Source of the DNA: a virus
IMG/VR virus record: IMGVR_UViG_3300009788_000106
Span: 1-64,000 of that record
DNA: 64,000 nucleotides
Reading direction: 5' to 3' (one strand)
A model generated the notes under the pieces. The model ran no database searches. It had not been told where the DNA came from and worked only from the letters and a program-made list of their open reading frames with translations. Of this stretch, positions 60,470-64,000 are shown in pieces (positions within the stretch are counted from its first letter, which is position 1; each line of letters opens with the position of its first letter). Both the position numbers and the translations under genes were made by a program.

Positions 60470-61372
60470 GTGCCGAAGGTTTGCTACACTACCAAGGCGT
60501 TCAACCCGGTCCACACCGCGGCGATCCAGAACGCAAACGCAATACTTCATGAGTACCAGCAGCAGGGCTTCACCCTGACCCTGCGGCAGCTGTACTACCA
60601 GTTCGTCGCACGGGGCATCCTGGCCAACGACCAGAAGAACTACAAGTGGATCGGGGACGTCCTTGGGGACGCACGGCTGGCCGGGCTGGTTGACTGGCAC
60701 CACCTTGAGGACCGAACCCGCAACCTGCGTGGCAATCAGCACTGGGCTTCACCGGCTCAACTAGTGTCGCACACGGCAAGCTCATTCAAGATCGACAAGT
60801 GGGCGGACCAGCCGTATCGAGTCGAGGTCTGGATCGAGAAGGATGCCTTGCTCGGCGTGCTGGACTCGATCTGCCCTAAGCTGGACGTGGACTACTTCTC
60901 ATGCCGGGGCTACACCAGCCTATCTGAAATGTGGAAGGCCGGGCAACGGCTGAAGCGATCTGCCGAGCAAGGCAAGAAGGTGGTGGTGCTACACTTCGGT
61001 GACCACGACCCCAGCGGCATGGACATGTCCCGGGACATCCTGTCTCGGCTCAGGCTGTTCATGGATGAGACCGGCACGGAGATACGGGTTCTCCGCTGTG
61101 CCTTGAACATGGCCCAGATTGACCGGCTGAACCCTGTGCCGAACCCGGCAAAGCTCTCTGACAGCAGGGCCAAGCGATACATTGCCGAGTATGGCTCAAG
61201 CTCATGGGAACTGGATGCCTTGGACCCGCGGGAACTGGTCCGGTTGATCAAGGCCGGGGTCACCAAGTTCCGGGACGATGAGCGATGGTACGCGGCTCTT
61301 GCCAGGGAACAGGCCGGCAGGCACCAGCTCTCACGGGTCGCCGAGGCCATGGCCGCAGGACAATTTGAATAG
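60470..61372 (+). CDS. Topoisomerase VI subunit A / Spo11-like mini-A protein (winged-helix Tyr plus Toprim)
   Basis: LRQLYYQFVARG (5Y-CAP-like tyrosines); Toprim glutamate VEVWIEKDALLGVL; DxD motif VVLHFGDHDPSGMDM. Confidence 0.5.
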   Translation: MPKVCYTTKAFNPVHTAAIQNANAILHEYQQQGFTLTLRQLYYQFVARGILANDQKNYKWIGDVLGDARLAGLVDWHHLEDRTRNLRGNQHWASPAQLVSHTASSFKIDKWADQPYRVEVWIEKDALLGVLDSICPKLDVDYFSCRGYTSLSEMWKAGQRLKRSAEQGKKVVVLHFGDHDPSGMDMSRDILSRLRLFMDETGTEIRVLRCALNMAQIDRLNPVPNPAKLSDSRAKRYIAEYGSSSWELDALDPRELVRLIKAGVTKFRDDERWYAALAREQAGRHQLSRVAEAMAAGQFE

Positions 61373-61382
61373 GAGGCAACAC

Positions 61383-61763
61383 ATGGGATTAGACTCAGCA
61401 AAAGATCACGAAGGAACTGGCAAGAACTGTTCGCTGGACCACTGGTGCGGCGGGCCTGACGCCCTCCCTTGCATGCCGTGGTCAGAGGCACCAGAGGCAC
61501 CAAACGTGCCACAGGACGACGACGGCAACGAGTGGTCCGATGAGGACCGGCAACTCACTCTGCAGGACAAAGTGCGCATGGTGGCCTCCGACGGCTCACT
61601 GTTCGAGTTACCAATGGAGTCCTTCATAGCCAGTGTCAAGCGCCTGACCCTCGAACTGGACTTGGCAACCGTCGCCAGTCAGCTCGGTGTCGACCTCGGC
61701 GGCAATGACACGGCCTGCGCGTACACCGGCTGCGACTGTGCCAAGGACGACATTGGCATTTAA
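61383..61763 (+). CDS. hypothetical protein (126 aa)
   Basis: ATG after GGAGGCAACAC. Confidence 0.4.
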   Translation: MGLDSAKDHEGTGKNCSLDHWCGGPDALPCMPWSEAPEAPNVPQDDDGNEWSDEDRQLTLQDKVRMVASDGSLFELPMESFIASVKRLTLELDLATVASQLGVDLGGNDTACAYTGCDCAKDDIGI

Positions 61764-61787
61764 GGCAAATCAGGGGAGGTAACACCA

Positions 61788-62009
61788 GTGCCAATAGCAA
61801 GCGAATCAGCACTCAGGACTAAGGCCGGAGTCAGGCAACTACTGCAAGGCGTAAACCGGTCCACCAGACTCAAGATTGTTGCCGACGTCGTGGCAGACCT
61901 TGAATTCAGTCACGCGCATTTGTTGCACGACGAGCTAGTACGGATTGTGACCGGGCAGCACTACCCCGACTACTACCAGAAAGTACCCGACACAAGGTTT
62001 ATCGTGTGA
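61788..62009 (+). CDS. hypothetical protein (73 aa)
   Basis: GTG after GGGGAGGTAACACCA. Confidence 0.35.
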   Translation: MPIASESALRTKAGVRQLLQGVNRSTRLKIVADVVADLEFSHAHLLHDELVRIVTGQHYPDYYQKVPDTRFIV

Positions 62010-62024
62010 TCAGCAAATCAGGGC

Positions 62025-62053
62025 TTGACAGCCAGGCAAAACAGGAGTAACCT
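62025..62053 (+). promoter_or_regulatory. class I promoter TTGACA-N17(GCCAGGCAAAACAGGAG)-TAACCT, then tagtc-ATG (leaderless)
   Basis: Sequence read directly. Same tagtcATG junction as the minus-strand copy at 3772. Confidence 0.45.
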
Positions 62054-62058
62054 TAGTC

Positions 62059-62364
62059 ATGGTCAACAACAGCAACTTCACAATCGAAATCAAAGATGAT
62101 ACCGAACTCGGCATGGCCGTGGTTTTGGTGGACATAGACGAGGCCCCTGGCATCGACGCAACAAGCGAGGTCGTCGGCGTGGTGGGGACTCTGAATGAAG
62201 CCGAACAAGTGATCGGCGACGACTACTTGGCTCGCGTCACCGGTTGCAACGACACCCAGAAGGACGCACCGAGCCAGTATCGGGTGCAAGCAAGAGGCCG
62301 CGGCGGCGAGTACTTTGACCTGCTGACTTGGTCCAGCGAACGGTGCTACGCCGAGTGCATGTAA
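62059..62364 (+). CDS. hypothetical protein (101 aa), leaderless
   Basis: ATG 5 nt after the -10. Confidence 0.4.
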   Translation: MVNNSNFTIEIKDDTELGMAVVLVDIDEAPGIDATSEVVGVVGTLNEAEQVIGDDYLARVTGCNDTQKDAPSQYRVQARGRGGEYFDLLTWSSERCYAECM

Positions 62365-62373
62365 AGGAGATCG

Positions 62374-62688
62374 ATGCCGAAACAAGAACTGAAACTGAAG
62401 CACCCCGAGCGCCTATGGGTGCTGTCTGTTGAATACACCGAAGGTGGTGGCTCTGAGGTCTGGTGGCCAGTCAACAACCCGCCATGGAGACTGTACGAGG
62501 CAGGGGAAGAGTTCGAGATCACCTTTGCCCGCTCCGTTGACGGCAAGGTGGTGCTTATGGAACTGAGGGATGAGCAGGGCCGGCATGCGGGCTGGGACGT
62601 TGACAAGTGCCCCGCCGAACGCTCGGATTCGGACGACTTGTTTGAGCTTTGCCCCGTACCATGTAACAAACCGGAGACCACCGCATGA
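62374..62688 (+). CDS. hypothetical protein (104 aa)
   Basis: RBS AAAGGAGATCG. Its 3' end contains a class II motif (62647-62662). Confidence 0.4.
   Translation: MPKQELKLKHPERLWVLSVEYTEGGGSEVWWPVNNPPWRLYEAGEEFEITFARSVDGKVVLMELRDEQGRHAGWDVDKCPAERSDSDDLFELCPVPCNKPETTA
62647..62662 (+). promoter_or_regulatory. class II motif CTTTGCCCCGTACCAT
   Basis: Sequence read directly. Confidence 0.35.
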
Positions 62689-62915
62689 TCATCATTACGG
62701 AAGACGGCAGAGCACTACAAGGACGGATCAGCCAGACCCTGCTGAGGCCGGAGCAGGCGGCAAAGTCAAATGAGTTCCTGGACAAGTGGTTCGCATGGTA
62801 CGACCGCAAGACGGCCAGCCGGATCAGCAAGGACCCTGAGGTCCTCAAGGCCGCGGACAGGGCAGTCCGGCAAGAGCTTGAAGACTACGACAACGGGAGC
62901 ACAGACGATGTGTAA
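62685..62915 (+). CDS. hypothetical protein (76 aa)
   Basis: RBS GGAGACC. Confidence 0.4.
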   Translation: MIIITEDGRALQGRISQTLLRPEQAAKSNEFLDKWFAWYDRKTASRISKDPEVLKAADRAVRQELEDYDNGSTDDV

Positions 62916-63240
62916 CGAACCAAGGCTTCACCCAGACCGGCACAACACTGGTCATGCCCCTAGTCACGACCGTGGGCAGGACTCGACCGTTGACCGGATC
63001 TCGCACGCCATGCCGTTCGATCTCACACCGGACCCCAAGCCACCACTAACGTTCGAGGAGGCGAAGGCACTGCTTGCCAAGTGGGACAAGGAGTACAAGG
63101 ATGCCAAGGTGCTCATGGACCTGTGCAGACGCATGGCGGAGTTTGCCACGCAGCGACCGCGGGAAGGCCGCCTTACCAGTTACAGGGCCTTTACCGAACC
63201 GCTGAAGGCATTGCTGGACAAGCAAACGCCTGGCACCTAG
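62908..63240 (+). CDS. hypothetical protein (110 aa)
   Basis: ATG overlaps the upstream stop (ATGTGTAA). Confidence 0.35.
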   Translation: MCNEPRLHPDRHNTGHAPSHDRGQDSTVDRISHAMPFDLTPDPKPPLTFEEAKALLAKWDKEYKDAKVLMDLCRRMAEFATQRPREGRLTSYRAFTEPLKALLDKQTPGT

Positions 63241-63280
63241 CCGCTGGATTGCGTTTCCCGCAGGCACAACTCAAGGGGCA

Positions 63281-63465
63281 AAGGGGAAGAGAACCAAGGG
63301 AGAAGGGAAGGCAAAATGAGACGCTAACGGCGATAACCAACTCGGGCAAGACAGGTAGACGGGCGCTGCTCCAGACAATAGGGGCAAGGCGTCTAATACC
63401 TGTTAGGGGCAACACACCGGGGCAGAGGAGACAGAGGACTACAGAGTGACTAGGGAACCAGCAGG
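63281..63465. repeat. five dispersed copies of an AGGGGCAA-like 8-mer (with one degenerate copy) in a 260-nt non-coding region
   Basis: caAGGGGCAAAgg, atAGGGGCAAGg, ttAGGGGCAACa, ccGGGGCAGAgg, gcAGGGGCAAAg. Confidence 0.35.
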
Positions 63466-63502
63466 GGCAAAGCCCTAAACCAAGTAGAAGGAGTACACAG
63501 CC

Positions 63503-64000
63503 ATGATAAAGAAAGCCCAATCGCGGCAGAACCGGCAAAAGGGTAGTAAGGCAAAACCCAAAAAACGATCGGCAGGCGCTGCCTCGACGACCACCAAAAC
63601 ACGGACTACGAGGGTCGGCACGAAATCCAAGGCTTCTGCCGGCAAGCCCATTGCCAAGGCGGCAAAACCGATACATTCAAAGAAGGCAACGGCAAAGAAG
63701 AAGGCACCGGTAAAGTTGAGACCGGTACCGGCAAGGCCAAAGGCAAAGGCAACGGTAAAGAAGAAGGCAAAGAAGTCCAGTATCGGGCCGGTCTCAGCGG
63801 CAAGACTCAAGAAGGCAAATGCCGCCACCAAGGAGGCCACCAAGGGCTTACCGAAGATGCCAGTCGGCAAGAAGTCAGCGGCCGACCAGTTGGCAGAACA
63901 ACAGGCGGCAAACCTCAAACAGAGTGCCAAGCACCGGGACCATCAGGCAAAGCTGGTTGCTCAGGTCAAGGGCGAGTGCGAGGATGTGCCGGTCAAGCGG
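63503..64000 (+). CDS. lysine/alanine-rich histone-H1-like basic protein, 3'-truncated by the window end
   Basis: RBS AGAAGGAG. The frame is open to the window end; the product is rich in KKxAKK/AKPKA. Missing from the ORF track because no stop is reached. Confidence 0.5.
   Translation, partial: MIKKAQSRQNRQKGSKAKPKKRSAGAASTTTKTRTTRVGTKSKASAGKPIAKAAKPIHSKKATAKKKAPVKLRPVPARPKAKATVKKKAKKSSIGPVSAARLKKANAATKEATKGLPKMPVGKKSAADQLAEQQAANLKQSAKHRDHQAKLVAQVKGECEDVPVKR

Noticed and set aside
63475-63930. Minus-strand ORF of 151 aa rich in F, A and L
   Set aside because: It is the antisense frame of the lysine-rich (AAG/AAA) plus-strand gene starting at 63503, which has a strong AAGGAG RBS. The plus strand is preferred.
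1-64000. tRNA genes, CRISPR arrays, integrase/attachment sites and transposases
   Set aside because: No cloverleaf-like GTTCGA(A/G)TCC-containing segments, repeat-spacer arrays, tyrosine or serine recombinase motifs or IS terminal inverted repeats were seen by eye. A tRNA scan by software is still advisable.

Overview
The window reads as a nearly contiguous stretch of a GC-rich, apparently lytic tailed dsDNA phage; no integrase or repressor was seen. It has three parts. (1) The left end (1-4170) carries a radical-SAM gene pair on the plus strand and a leftward SNF2 helicase unit. (2) A long rightward virion module (4.2-31.2 kb) runs from large terminase through a sigma-70-like factor, portal, Mu-F/SPP1-gp7-like morphogenesis protein, HK97-type prohead protease and major capsid protein, connector and tail-completion genes, a tandem GT2 glycosyltransferase, major tail protein, a G/T chaperone pair with a -1 frameshift, a 1467-aa tape measure, repeat-rich fibre/receptor-binding proteins, a C92 peptidase and an SPFH protein. 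(3) After a small leftward island of leaderless genes (31.2-33.0 kb), a rightward replication and DNA-metabolism module (33-64 kb) follows. It includes an SF2 helicase, a DnaB-like helicase, primase, FEN, a second sigma-like factor, a DpdA-like transglycosylase with FolE, a sliding clamp, a family-A polymerase with an N-terminal UDG-like domain, a gp32-like SSB with an acidic tail, a RecA-like protein, a clamp loader, a single-chain SbcD-SbcC fusion, an Hjc-like nuclease, QueD and QueE, a vWA protein, a TopoVI-A/Spo11-like mini-A and a lysine-rich protein. The most interesting content is a split 7-deazaguanine DNA-modification system (dpdA-folE at about 40-41.7 kb, queD-queE at about 53.7-55.1 kb, with no queC in the window). 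Alongside it are two phage sigma factors and two families of highly conserved promoter-like motifs, one with a fixed 17-nt spacer and leaderless starts. No tRNA, CRISPR array or transposon was recognised by eye. All homology statements rest on motif recognition in the translated ORFs and need database confirmation.
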